Positions 1-14,048 of a stretch of DNA of 64,000 nt are shown here, piece after piece. The stretch comes from Octopus vulgaris (lineage: Eukaryota). Numbering within the stretch: position 1 is the stretch's first letter; each line of letters begins with the position of its first letter. Below the pieces are notes generated by a model. It was not told where the DNA came from and searched no databases. It saw only the letters and a program-made list of their open reading frames with translations. Both the position numbers and the translations under genes were made by a program. Where the stretch lies: assembly GCA_951406725.2 (NCBI GenBank), contig OX597819.1, forward strand, positions 42,904,001 through 42,968,000. Reading direction: 5' to 3'.

Positions 1-1035
1 TTCACCACCACTAACCACTTCACCTTACTGTTTAATGCTTGTTGACTCTCAATAAAAATTAAAAAAAAAAAACATTTTTTTTTCTGGTGAAACAACACCT
101 CAAAAAGTGAATATATATAACCCAATGACTTCATATGTATGTATATGTATACATACATGTGAAATAACTGGATTGTGTTTGCAAAGTCCTACTTGCAAAA
201 TAATTTTTGATGGCAACGTGAAAAGAACTCAATACATGAGCAGTGTAAATATATCTTGTATGTTATTAGTTCTGGTCACTTCACATCTCATTAACGATAG
301 CTTCATGCCCAGAGGCAATCCTCAAAGAAGGTTCATGGCACATATACACACACATGTTTCAGTGTATAACAATAATTGAAAATAGAAACAAAACTGCCTT
401 TGTTATAAACGGTGTATGCATTCTAAATCGCCAAATCTGTTGATGGAACAAATCAACAAGCATCAGTCCGTGTAGGAACAAAGATTTATAACAATATGTA
501 TTGCACACGATCTTTCTTTTCCGTAGGGCAATCGTAATCGCGTCAGTTACAACACACACACAAAACTAAGGAGCATGATAAATAAACAAACAAACAAACA
601 AACATACAGGAAGACACTGACTGCTCAAGAATTACAGCAAAAGAAAAAAAAAAGAAAAAGAAAAAGAAGAAAAAAAACCTGTTGGGAGATATTTCTATGC
701 CTGGAGTAATAAGTTGTCTATAAAAACCCTTATTAGTAAATGTGACATTTTTTGTCATCTTATACAAGAAGTGTCATGCAAAATAAAGCAAACACCTTGA
801 GAAGAAATCTCTATGTCATTCTAAGCATCAATCACCTTGCAAGCAAATATACCTGCTTGCACGCACACACACACACACACAAGCTATTCAGAAGCGCCTT
901 TTAGCATTTACATGATACAAAATATTATTTATTTTACTACAATTTTTTTTCCGTGTATTTTTAATACCTATTTTGTTGTAAATATATTTTTGATTAAATA
1001 ATGTTTTATATATTTTAGAAAAATGCTATTATGTA

Positions 1036-1104
<69 letters not shown>

Positions 1105-2408
1105 CATAATCATTGTCCTAAAAATGGTATAGCACAACAATATATCACAATCCTGTCTAGCTGAAAGGGCATTCCCAGTCCATTTGCCTGGGGTGGTCCA
1201 GGCAGCTGACAGTAAGAACAACAGTAGGAGACTAGTTAATCCTGGAACCCCTGAGTCAGAACAGTTGATGGTGAGTGGGTGGGGAGCAGAGGGGAGGTTA
1301 ATGAGTGTAGTGAAGTAAGAAGGTGAGACATATATTAAGATCTTGGATGTTAACCATTTTATAGTAAATAATTCTGAATCTGTGTGTGTGTGTGTGTGTG
1401 TGTGTCCATGCATGTATGGAGGTAGGGAAGCAAACTGGCAGGCAGACAGACAGACAGTGGATCATATTGTACTAGAATCTCACTAAAGTTGAAGAAGCAG
1501 GAGAGTAAGGAAACATTCAAATTATTCAAATGCATAATGGAGATAATACTGTCTTTTGTCACCATTTCCTTCATCAACAACTCCCAATAAAATGATGCCT
1601 AAATCTTTCCTTTACATTGCACTGTGAAGGTTCATTGGTCACTGCTTGATACTTCAGTTTAGCTCCAATTCACAACAACATTATATAAAAAGATGACATT
1701 CTTGACCCCTACAATTGCTGTATCAACATGACATTTCCATATACTAGAAGTGGCAGTCTGTAGAAGGTGACCATAGCAATATACACAGAGAACATCTTTG
1801 ATCTTCATATGAACTGCATTCTTAAACTATAGAGAAAGCTGACCAAATATTCCCACTGACTACTTTAGTTTCATTCAGAAACCATATTTTGATGCTGATA
1901 AGTGGTTTGTCCTTCAATCCATCGTCCTGCTCCTTTTACACCCTTGAGAACTTATGTATCTGCACACTATCTGTTCTAAACCTGTGTCCCTATTTTCTTT
2001 TTCTTTTTATAGACACTTTCTAGTACTCTGAGGGTATGTCCAAACAGCTCATCACCACCATCTTTTGTCTCTTTCCAGTTTGGGTAGCCATAGGTCATCA
2101 CCTCAACAGCAATACACCTGTTCCTCTCTCTCTACCTACTTTAGCCTTCTCAACACCAGGAATAAAGCCATCTTTCCTCAACATTACTCTTTAACTCAGT
2201 CAAGAGGTCGCCTTGCAAGTTACTTGATGACCTCACTAGGGTGGATGCCACGAGTAATAAGTTCTCAGTACACTTTATAAACTAGCTAGTATTAGGAAGA
2301 GCATCCAGCAGCAGACATTGGAGCTCAATGCAGTCTCCTAACTCATGAAATCCTGTTGAACCATCCATCCAACCAACCCATGCTAGCATGAAAGATGAAG
2401 GTTAAGGA

Positions 2409-2449
<41 letters not shown>

Positions 2450-3763
2450 ATGCTTGTAATTATAGTACCACTATAATATCATCTAAGAGTTTGAATGTTC
2501 TTCAGCTAATATTGCTTCTCATTTCACTTACATTTCCAGATGAAAGCATCCCTCAATGGAAGCTGGTTTTCTACACAGAAATACAAGAATTACATTAGTT
2601 TCAAGCTGTTCTTCTGAATATACAATTCCCTTTCTTTGCAACCCCTATTTAGGGTCACAACAGAAAAGTTCTTTGTCCTTCATAACCTTTCTTCTTCTTC
2701 TTATTTTTCATATTTCTTGGCACCATAGATTTGCATATCAAGATGTTTCTACATAAATTGTCAGAGCAAATAACTTATGCCCCGATATGCCCCATAGGAC
2801 TAACTCTTTAACTATGATCAAAAGTAGGTCAGTCAGAGACGCTCAAAACAGTCACTTGACCAACAAGAAACAACAGTCAAAATCTCCTTTAAATCATACC
2901 AAACATTTTTAACAAAAGGAGATACAGGTCTTAATATATAACTATATCTATAGTTATATATCTATAAGCCAAGGTATATGGAAAAGATGGGATGGATATA
3001 ATTGGTAAGTCTTTGATCATAGGTCTGCTTTATAACAGCAACCTTGGGCTAAACAACAACACCCAGCAACAATTACAAATTGAGACTGGCACTTCCACCT
3101 CAGATAAACAGGTTTAGTGTATCATTCCTAGTAGAGATGGGAAAATACAGGCTGCAACAATAAAATTTAAACATATCCCACTTCTCTTTGAAAAGGGAAA
3201 AGAAACGAGCTGATTGAATCAACTGCAGGCAAATTTGAAATGAACAATACATGGCAGTGAACTTGATACTGTAACAGCTTTGCTATTTATCCTCCGCATC
3301 AATTCCTCTGTCATATTACCGACGTTAATATTAATAATAATAGTGGTCTGCCTATGGAGTGAGTTCTACATGTGAAAAGTCATGTTTGGACAATTTGTTA
3401 ATATGTCTGGAGTTAATTAAAAGGGAGGCAGCAGATGGACATCTGTGGTTTATTGCTTTCTTTCAGCAAGTCAATATTAAACTACTCGTCTTATAAATAG
3501 GAATACGTGACACAATGGAAGAGGAACAGACATTATCAGTGAAATGCCTAAAATCCAGTGATTTCTAAACAGTGCTACGAAAGGTGAGAGATACAAACTG
3601 AAGTTTCACAAATAAAATGCTGATAAGTATGATTCAGTCATTGAACGGAGGTGTAAGTACTAAATGATTTTCCATAGTTTAAATTATATTTATAGGTTAA
3701 AATATATACTTCTTTTTGTTGCCGAGAAAAAAAACAAAACAAAAAAAAAAACTACATTTGCAG

Positions 3764-3970
3764 TAACCCTTTAAGCGTTCAGCATACTATTTAGTATCAT
3801 TTTAAATTAATCATGCATTATCTTGCTAGCTTTGATACTTTGATAATGTGAGTATTTGTTTTCAAAATGACATTGTAATGGAGATGTGAGAAGTCAGATC
3901 AGGCCAGTTTGAACATATAACAGGGAGAATACTTGGGCCAAATACGACTGGTTTAAATACAAACTGGTTA
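3764..3970. mobile_element. piggyBac-like MITE (family F), degraded
   Basis: Ends taaccctttaagcgtt ... aaatacaaactggttaa (CCC/TTAA-type termini). Related copy at about 11340-11503 and fragments near 19766 and 30030-30100. Confidence 0.5.
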
Positions 3971-4430
3971 AAATACACCCAAAGTAAAAGAAACAGAAGC
4001 TTGGAAATGACCAACCCAGAGCTGTGCTGCATTGTAGCCTCTTGGATTGCTCTATGGCTCTTTACCTAATAGTTTTTTTTTTGTTTTTTTTTCTTTTCTC
4101 AAAAAGAGAACTAAGATTAGAACTGCTGTAACGAACTAGAACAACCTATAACAATTATTTTATCCATAAAAATTTTATAAATGTAAGAAGAGTTATCTCC
4201 CTCATGACTTCTTATTCACACGCACAAACACACACACAGAGGGTAGATTGCTTGGGTGTGATCAATGTTGCTTGACTTAGCTATCTAAATATGATAACAG
4301 TTGTATCTACAAATATATGTCTTTTACACTATGAGGAAGAAACATCACTTTATGCTCTTTGTGTTCAACTTAAATACAATAAATACAGTTCATGGTTATC
4401 TATTCTCACAAACAAATACAAAGAAATCTT

Positions 4431-4806
4431 TTCTCTTTTAATTATTTTAGTCATTAGACTTTAGCCAGGCTAGGGTACCGCCTTGAAGAATTTTTAGTCG
4501 AATGAATCAACCCCCACTCTTTTAGTTTTTAATCCTGGTTCTATCAGTCTCTTTTGCCAAACTGCTAAGTTATGGGGAATGTAAACATACCAACACCAGT
4601 TGTCAAGCATTGTTGAAGGACAAACACACACACACACACATATGATGGGCTGCTTTCAGTTTTTGTCTACCAAATCCTCTCACAAGGTTTTGGTCAATCT
4701 GAGGCTATAGTAGAAGACATTTGCTCAAGGGGCCATGCAGTGTGATTGAACCCGGAGCTACGTGGCTGGGAAGCAAGTTTCCTACCACACAGCCATGCCT
4801 GCACCT
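4431..4806 (-). mobile_element. tRNA-derived SINE, family A
   Basis: Full-length similarity to the 39195-39593 copy, with a central (CA)n and box A/B head at the 4740-4806 end. Confidence 0.85.
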
Positions 4807-5626
4807 AAAATAATAAAAAAAATAAAGGGAACCTATACTCACACAACCAAACTGAACTGAAAAGACTGAACCTTGTATCTTGTTCTCTAATAATAACCCT
4901 CACAAAAAAACATAAGGCACTGCAACATACAATGCTGAGTGGTTGGCACAAAAGACAACTCTGTGTGTGTGTGTGTGTGTAGTGGGAGAGTGAGGGTGGA
5001 ACAAACATTTTGTCTGAACAATTTATGCACATGTCTAGACTTTTCAATGTGTGTTACCATTTGCAGCAAGGAAAAAAAAAAAAAACTTCAGAAAAAACCC
5101 CAGATGAAATGCAAAATGCTACACACACACACACACACACATATGCATTAACTCTATACTACATGTTGCTTGCAGCCATGATATCAATAAACTACCAACA
5201 ACACTTATCAACATGGCACGATAATTAAACCTTGCAGTGTAAGTGTAAATTGTCATGCTGTCAGGTACTTGCAGAGATTTGGTTACTTTAAAGTGAATTA
5301 AGACAGAAGAGGAGGAGGAGGAGGAGAAGAAAAGAAAGAGGTTAAAGGGCTAAAGATAGGTGACGGGGAAGTGTGTGGAGAGGCTAATACAAATAGAAAC
5401 AATTGCCCATTTAGCATGGTGCCAGGCCATATTTTGATGATATTTTATACTCTGTTCTCTCTTGGAGATCCCCAAGCAGGCAAAAAAAAACAAAAAAAAC
5501 AGTCATTACATTCAGAACTGGCCAGATATTGTAACAGAAAATAGAGAAATCAAATTTTTGAATCATCCAACACACAAGGCAAATAATAATAATAATAATA
5601 ATATTAATAATATTGATAATAATAAT

Positions 5627-5830
5627 CGCCTGACTGGCCCTCGTGCTGGTGGCACGTTAAAGCACCCACTACACTCTCAGAGTGGTTGGTGTTAGGAAGG
5701 GCAACCAGCTGTAGAAATTCTGCCAGATCAGATTGGAGCCTGGTGCAGCCATCTGGTTTGCCAGCCCTCAGTCAAATCGTCCAATCCATGCCAGCATGGA
5801 AAGTGGATGTTAAAAATGATGATGATGATG
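5627..5830 (+). mobile_element. Family C SINE or RTE-related short element with (GAT)n tail
   Basis: ttggtgttaggaagggcaaccagctgtagaaa ... catggaaagtggatgttaaa(atg)n. Same sequence at 16206-16462(-), 22160-22403(+), 54406-54680(+), with fragments near 2292, 8348, 14062, 42944 and 57990. Confidence 0.85.
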
Positions 5831-5832
5831 AA

Positions 5833-6049
5833 TAATCCTTTCTACTATAGGCACAAGGTCTGAAATTTTAGGGGAGGGGATTAGTCGATTACATTGACCC
5901 TAGTGTTTCACTGGTACTTAATTTATTGACCCTGAAAGGATGAAAGGCAAAGTCAACCATAGCGGAATTTGAACTCAGAACGTAATGACAAATGAAATGT
6001 CATGAAGCATTTTGCCCGGCGTGCTAATGATTCTGCCAGCTTGCCACTT
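5833..6049 (-). mobile_element. tRNA-derived SINE, family B
   Basis: Core gaccctgaaaggatgaaaggcaaagtcaacc...gaatttgaactcagaa, repeated more than 12 times in the window. Another copy at about 6417-6608. Confidence 0.85.
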
Positions 6050-6089
6050 TGTTGATGATGATGATGATGATGATGATAGTTACTAAAAA

Positions 6090-6416
6090 AGGATATTACA
6101 AGAAATGAGTAACTGTCATCTCAGTAATTGTAAGGGGCACTTGGAGACACTAACAATGAAGTTTGAGAAATATGTCGGAGAACTGACAGGAGTGTAGAAC
6201 ATGCTAACCCCCACCAAAAAAAACTGCACTATAGGGGTCGGTAAGGGTTTTGAGATGGTACATGGATGTTAAGTACCTTCCACAATACCTAACATCTAAG
6301 TACTAAATCTTATAATTTATGGAAAGAGACCCTGTAAGACCTTTGAGCAAGATCGAGAGCTCTGAGAGGTAAAATTTAATAATAATAATAATAATAATAA
6401 TGATAATAATAATAAT
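6090..6416 (+). mobile_element. 3' remnant of a Dong/R4-like (REL endonuclease) non-LTR retrotransposon
   Basis: Frameshifted translation VTVISVIV-GALG ... KTAL*GSVRVLR matches the VIPIVIGALG...QKxALLGTxxILR C-terminus, followed by a short UTR and a (TAA)n tail. Confidence 0.6.
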
Positions 6417-7405
6417 GGCATAGGGTCCACAGCTTTTGAAGTGGGGGTGGGGATTGATTACATCAATTCAGTACTTAACTACTACTTATTTTATGACCCT
6501 GAAAGGATGAAAGGCAAAGGTGATCTTGCTAGAATTTGAACTTGGAATGCAAAGATAGGCGAAATGCTGCTAAGCATTTTGTCCAGCATGCTAATGGTTC
6601 TGCCATCTAATTACAATAATGACAAAACTAAGATACATTAATTACTTTCACTATCTCCTTGTTTGTGTGTGCGTTTACATAGATAGATATATGCATGCAT
6701 GTGTGTACATGTATGAACTCACACATTATTGTTGAAGTTGAGTCAGGAATTAATGCATAAACTCAGTATTTTTTTCTTCTTGTATTTACATGTAAGCACA
6801 TACACACTAAATTTCAACCAACTTATAATGTTTACTATGAATTTACATCATTATTTTACACAAAACATTTGAATGACGAAAAAAAGAAAGAAAGAAGAAA
6901 AACAATACATATTTACTGACTTAGAAATTATAAACATTACAAACAAAATCTGATGAGAAAAACGAGGCGGAAAAAAATAATTAATAAAGGGAAGAGAGAG
7001 AGAGAGAGAGAGAAAGGAAGAGCTGTAGATGCAATTGAGATGAAACCGGTAAATATCAAGAGAGAAAAAAAAAGAAGGTTGGTGGAATGACCAAGCTTTG
7101 AGCTCAGGTTCAGTACATGCAAAAGAAGGCTCAAGATAGGATAGATCACAACAACGAGAGGGAGTGGGGAAGAGTGTGAAAAATAGGTAAGAAGAGGCAG
7201 GGATTGTGGTACAAATAACGACAAAAAAAAAAAAAAAAGGAGAAAAAACAACACACACACACACACACACAAGTGGTTTAGGCAATCAAAGAATGAATTG
7301 AAACAGCAATAGATGTACAACACAGTTTAACAAACACACTAAATGATTTTTCATTTACCACCATGATAAAAACATGATTTATTATTTTCCCCATATATAT
7401 ATATA

Positions 7406-7446
<41 letters not shown>

Positions 7447-7574
7447 ATATATATAAAATATATCTTCTTTTAAACCATTATCTTTAGTAATGTCACATAA
7501 AAAAAATACTTTTATTATGCAGGGGTTTTAACAAATTATTTATCATTATTCATTTTAATATTTTTATTATTACT

Positions 7575-7622
<48 letters not shown>

Positions 7623-7977
7623 AGGATTTATGTTGCTTATGTTTGTTGTTGAAGCTATTGTTCAAAAACTTCAGAAAGACACCAAATAACATCTATTCAG
7701 GCAGGCTGTTACTCTGTCGACCAGTTTGTTATACTCATCACAAATAATAATCTTTATTTATTGGAATGTTTGAGAATATACTTACGTAATCATTGTTCAA
7801 ATCCTTAGAGGCAACATCATCCCGTTTCTCATTCAAACTATAGGAATGCTGAAATTGGATAACATATGGCAGAGCTGTGTCCACATGTTAAACTATCTAG
7901 TCTTTGGAGCACACACATACATTTTTGAATTTATAAAGACCTACACACATTGAATTTATATTTATGTAAAATTGATG

Positions 7978-8031
<54 letters not shown>

Positions 8032-8293
8032 ATATTTCCGAATGGTCATATTGCCAGTTTAGCCAATATATATATATTTATTTGTGCAAGTAAGAATATA
8101 TGAATTTATGTACAAGTGCGTGTATGCTTGTATATGTGTGTATGCATAAATATATATCTGAAATTTTAGTTTCCGACTTGTAATAACCACATCTGAGATA
8201 AAAACCACACTAGCTATGTATAATATTGCCTCTGTACAAAGTTGTGTACATATGTACATATAATGATGTATGCATATACATATATATGTATGC

Positions 8294-8378
<85 letters not shown>

Positions 8379-9497
8379 GTTTAACGTCCGTTTTCCGCGC
8401 TATATATATATATATATATACACATACACATACATACATACATATAGATCTTAAATATTTAAACTTTTTGGTAGTAGCTTAAAATAAAAGTAAAACTCAG
8501 AGTCGAGCTTGCAAACTTTTACCTGCGATTAAATTTTATACAACACTAAACCTTAAATACAGTACATTTTTCTGGAGTTTGTATGCATTATTGCACAGTC
8601 ACTCATTCATTAACATATATATATATATTTATATATATATATAGACACACACACACATTTATGATTCCTCTTCTTTGTTTCAAGCCTTCACCGTCTCTCT
8701 TGCTCTTATTCCCTCAAATATGTGTGTACATGCGTGCATGCTATTTATAATATTAATATATATATACATGCACACACACACACATATCTGCACAGATGTG
8801 TACATGCATAGATATATATATGCATGTATGTATATATGGCACATACATATTCAAAGGAGTAAAGAAAGGAAACACAAGGAGAACTTGGGACGACAAACAG
8901 GAATTTTATAAATATTTTAAACATATATCTATACAGGGTACTGTTTTTTTCCTTCTTTTTATCTCTCTATACATAATATCTCTATATATTTTCTCCAATT
9001 TTCCTTTTTTTCTTCTGTTTTTTATTATTTATAAGAAAGTTAAGTGTATGAGTTTATACATGAAAAGGCTCATAAAAAATGAAATCAAAATCAAAAGTTT
9101 AGCTCACACTCTTAGGTTTCTAATAAATATATTACTGAAGAAATACAAATATTACATAGAGAAAATATGTTTTATGCTTGTATGTGCTTATTTTTACGAA
9201 TTGCAAAAATTGAGAGAAAAATTCACACAGAAATAATATTATTTTGGAATATAGCAACAAATATGAACAGTTAAGATTTTGATTTATTGTATGTATAATA
9301 CTTATTACTATAGTTAAATTTAAAAGAAAAAAAAATTAAATAAAATCCCTTTTAGCAAAAACAAAAAAAGAATTTGTCATACATGAATAAATAGATATGA
9401 ATCATGTGTAACTTTTAGAGACAATTTTAAACTTGGGAGTTATGTGAAAGATGGAAACATTAAATTAATACCTTGGCTTGTGAAAATGATTTTTTTA

Positions 9498-9532
<35 letters not shown>

Positions 9533-9569
9533 AACCATTCTAGTGTATGTGTGAGTTTGTGTATCTGTA

Positions 9570-9607
<38 letters not shown>

Positions 9608-10137
9608 AAGTGTGCAGAAAGGTCCACCCAATTTTGATAAATTAATAATTAATTAATTCATTATTTTTGCTTTAAAACTCATAGGGAATATTTGATTTTC
9701 ATAATTTACTTAACTTATGATTGGTTACTAATTTTTTTTTTTATCAAAATCAGGTGAAATTTTCCATGCAACCTATGTGTAGTGGTGTGTGTGTGTGTGT
9801 GAATGAGTGACTGTACGTTAATGCACACAAACACGAGGAAAAAATACTCAATATGAAGTATAAAGCAATATATGAGCTGTAATAGAAATTGGAACTTCAC
9901 TAATGCAACTGAGTTTTGCCTCCCAACTCATCAGGCAGTGCTGATCATATGGTTCTCTTAGAAAGTTAAAAACTACTGATTGCCAACAACCCAATCAATT
10001 TACATATTTACTTTCAAATATTTTGTGACTTGCTGAAGGAACCAAATTATATGCATATGGATGTATGCAATATTTTGAGTGCTCAATTCTTGCTGGAGTC
10101 ATACATAGAGACACTGTAGTAACATACATGTTTTGGG

Positions 10138-10296
10138 CAGTAACATAACTAGGAAGGGAATGGGGCAGTCCATCCTGGACAATGCTTTTATGGGAGTAGC
10201 TCTTTTGGGTCAGCTGCATAAGCCTGTATAGACTTGTGGGGCTGGGGACAAACTCAAAGGCTGCCCTGCATGGGACACACTCTAGCTATGCCCCTG
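10138..10296. mobile_element. hAT-like MITE, degraded
   Basis: Imperfect TIRs cagtaacataactag and ctagctatgcccctg (reverse complement caggggcatagctag). Flanks gttttggg and gttttaag fit a decayed 8-bp TSD. Confidence 0.4.
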
Positions 10297-10492
10297 GTTT
10301 TAAGTTAACCACGATGAACCATAGCCAATTTCTTAAGCAGGCATTAACTGTGTAGTTAAGAAGTTTGTTTCTCAAACTATGTGGTTTGGGGTTCAGTCTC
10401 ACTACACAACACCTTGGGTGTCTTCTACTGCAGTACTGGGCCAACCAATACTTTGCGAATGAATTTGGTAGACGGCAATTCTGTGTGTGTGA

Positions 10493-10636
<144 letters not shown>

Positions 10637-11546
10637 GTTCAGTATTGGATAAGGTGCTTCATTGATTTTGAAGAGGTGGAAGGTAAAGTTAACCTTAGTA
10701 GGGTATGAACACAGAACACAGAGATCTGGAATAAATTCTGCAAAGCATTTTATCCACTACTCTAATACTTCCTGTCTATGGAGTATGTTCCATGTTAAAT
10801 GTATGCTACTTGATAGGGCAAAAGGCAAAACTCAGTCATATTAGCGAAATTTCACTTGGTATTACTTGGTATTAAGCATCATATATATATATATATATAT
10901 ATGATAAATGTAGATAAACAATTAACTTCCAACTTAAAAACCTAGTGATAAAATCTATTGAATTAAAAAAAAAAAAAACTTCTGGACAAATATAATTACT
11001 ATGTATGTATGGTTATAAAAAAAAGGTGATCACATGTCTATGATGATTGAACTGAAGACCTATTAATGTATAAATTAAAATGGTATTCAGAAAAATGAAA
11101 ATGATTTTTGCTAAATTCTATTTCTTCAGACTAACAAAGGACTTCTTCGTATGTGGTGGGAGAGAGTTACAAATCAAATGGTAACGTGTGTGTGTGAGAG
11201 TGAGTGTTACAAAAAAAAAAATTGAATAATTTTGTCTTTTGACTGGTTTAATTGCTACAAAAATATTATCTGTATAAAAGAGAATATTCAGACAACCTAT
11301 TACATTTGAACCTCTATATAGTGTATAAAGAGAACCTATTAATCACAAATTATCTTGTGGCTTCAAGATTTCAATTGGTATGTTTGTATATGTTTAGAAT
11401 GACATTGTATGATATGTGTGAGAGGTTAGATCTGGTCAGTTTTAACAAAAAAACAGATAGGGTATTTCAGCCAGATCTGGCCAGATTAAATACTAAAGGA
11501 TGAATGATATAAAGGTGCCTAAAGACTATTTCTTCCTATTCTTAAA

Positions 11547-11767
11547 CCCTTTCATTACCAACCCGGCTGAAACCGGCTCTGGCTCTGAATACAAATATCT
11601 TGTTTTTGTAAGTTTTGAATAAAAATCTTCCACCAAATCTTAGTCACAATTTATGTCCCTAACACTAGCTGAATGATAACTAAGTTATTTTACTAAATTC
11701 TTTGTTATATTTAAAATTAATTGAAAGAAACACAGAACATCTCAAAATAAATGCAGTAACGAAAGGG
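11547..11767. mobile_element. piggyBac-like MITE (family E)
   Basis: TIRs ccctttcattac and gtaacgaaaggg, with TTAA on the right and ttaaa on the left. Related copies at about 18560-18744, 40320-40520 and 40645-40770. Confidence 0.7.
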
Positions 11768-13361
11768 TTAAACCTTTTTCTTACAATTTTGATGATACTA
11801 CAATGTTTCCTCAAGAACTAAATTCATTTATAGCTTTATACTATTTTTGTTGGTTCCACCAAAAAGCATGGGTAAAATTATTAAAATAGCAGAGTATGCA
11901 GGTTTCCTTGATGAGGCGTTACTGTTGAATTCCAGAAAAGACGTAATAGCTAACAATAGATGAGGTAAATTGGCTGCAGAGTTTCGATTCCAAGAAGTTC
12001 CTATGAAACCAAAATCTACAACCTTCAATTTCAACTACAAATTTTAACTTCAATTACAACTACATACATACATAAGTTATATTGCTAAAACATGAACATC
12101 TCTAATTCTGAATTTGAATACCATTTATGGCATCTGGGTAAGAAACTAGACACAAAATGTAGAACCTATAAACATAAACAAACATGGCACCACAATCTCA
12201 ATGGATAATATATGTTGTCAATAGAAATATTTCGTTCTATTTTAAAGAAAACATACCAATCAAGTAAAACTGTCTGCAAGTACCATACTTAAGTATAGAA
12301 TTCTTTAACTAGTCAACACTTTCGAATGAAAGAAAAACATCCAGAATGATACAACTGAGAACATGACAACACATTATTGGTTGTTAAATAACATATATTG
12401 TGTGTGAGGATAATATAAATGAAACAATGAGGCAATTAACAAAGGCCAGGAAATTGAGTAAAAATACAAATAGAAAAACTGCTGTTTTCTGATTTTGTTT
12501 TCCTATAGAATGAAGTGAAGAGTGTATATAGAAATTCTGTTTTGCCATTCACCAAGAACATAAATATACAACCAATCAGATTGAAAATTTTAATGAAAAC
12601 ATTCTAATCAATGACCCATTTCCTAGTCTGGTGATAAAATATAATTACTAGATACATTTATGGATAGATACAGTATTATTATTATTATCATTATTATTTT
12701 TATCCGAATAATGACTTTAATGACTCATAGTAGAAATTAGAAAGAGAGTAAGTAAAAAATGAATAAAAAACAAAACATTAAAAAAAGAAAAAGAAAAAAT
12801 ACAGAATATATTTCCCCCCCAAAATTGATATCGGTTAACAAATTTCCTTATTTGATTTTTTGGAGATTATTTGGCGTTGATAAAGGTATTGGTAAATTAA
12901 AGATGATAAATTACAGTTAAAATTTATAAAAAAAAAAAAAAAGAAAAAGAAAAAAGCACAAAATGAAAAAGAAGAAAAAATTGCCCCCTCTTTGAATAGA
13001 TAAGAGGTTGTTTTTTTTTTTTATCTGATTATTTAATGTTAAAGTTATTTGGTTACCAAATCAGTTGGAAATGTCTGTCAGGAGAGGATAAATCTTTCAT
13101 CTTATAGTTGAGAGAACAACAACAGGTTGTACTGGAAAAATTAATAAATAATTCTCTAGCCAGAAACAATTACCCTATGATAGAAAAGAATTTACAAACA
13201 TTTTTCTTGATATACTCTGTTAAATCTTGTTTGCACGTGAACTACTATAAAGAAAAGTAGATGAGCTAAGCTAGGTTATTGTTTGATCTTTGGAGGTTGA
13301 TAGAGAGAAAAGAAAGACAGGGGCAAGAAAAGGGCAAACGCTATGGTAGTGGTGTGTGTGC

Positions 13362-13393
<32 letters not shown>

Positions 13394-13409
13394 CTATATA
13401 TATATATAT

Positions 13410-13650
13410 CGCAGCTGCATCCTCGTTACACAAGAAAAGCCATTGCTGAAATGATTCATGATTGTTGCCATGTGATGCCCTTATATGACTTTTAAGCCCA
13501 GCTAAGCTTTTACACATTTTATTACATACTAGACAACTGTGCTGGCAGGCAGGAGAAACAAGTGCCACCATATGCACTCCCTTAACATGTCTTTTTAGAC
13601 CTCCAACTGAGAGGCACACCTTTCCACATGTTCTGTTGTGAATTTTAATA
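13410..13650 (-). mobile_element. 5'-truncated RTE-type LINE 3' end with C-terminal C2H2-like zinc fingers
   Basis: CGKVCLSVGGLKRHVKGVH and CLVCNKMCKSLAGLKSHIRASH follow the CxxCxxxCxSxxGLxSHxR pattern of RTE ORF C-termini. Followed directly by a short 3' end (cttgtgtaacgaggatgcagctgcg) and an (AT)n tail. Confidence 0.7.
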
Positions 13651-13665
13651 GCCATACATACATAT

Positions 13666-14048
13666 TTTTGCTCCAGTCATTTGACTGTGGCCCATGCTGG
13701 AGCACCACCTTGAAAGGTTTTAGTAGGACAAATTGTCTCCAGGACTTATTTCTTGAGCCTAGCACTTATTCTAACAGTCTATTTTGCCACACTGCTAAGT
13801 TACAGGGGACGTAAACACACCAACACTGGTTGTGAAGTGGTAATGAGGGGACAAAGACATACACACACACACACTGTGTAGATTACTCTTATTTACACAC
13901 ACAATGGGCTTCCTTCAGTTTCCATCTATCAAATCCACTCACAAGGTTTTGGTTGGCCTGAGGCTACCCAAGGTGACATGCAGTAGGACTGAACCCAGAA
14001 CCATGTGGTTAGGAAGCCAGGTTCTTACCACACAGTCATGCCTGCACC
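13666..14048 (-). mobile_element. SINE family A
   Basis: Similarity to 39195-39593. A further head fragment lies at about 14262-14441. Confidence 0.85.

Noticed and set aside
1015-1413. 132-aa ORF with a signal-peptide-like hydrophobic stretch
   Set aside because: Bounded by microsatellites, no canonical donor, no recognisable similarity.
1690-2200. Possible degraded LINE ORF2 fragment
   Set aside because: Composition is suggestive but no motif could be read with confidence.
8242-8482. Poly-His, poly-Ser and IY-repeat ORFs (also RERE at 10365-10708 and similar ORFs throughout)
   Set aside because: Translations of (TA)n, (CAT)n, (GA)n and (CA)n microsatellites.
9880-9945. Hammerhead ribozyme core (CTGATGAG on minus)
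   Set aside because: No GAAA after a closing stem II. The other CTGATGA hits I checked also fail.
13341-13655. Host C2H2 zinc-finger gene
   Set aside because: No TGEKP linkers. Finger spacing and the microsatellite tail fit an RTE LINE 3' end.
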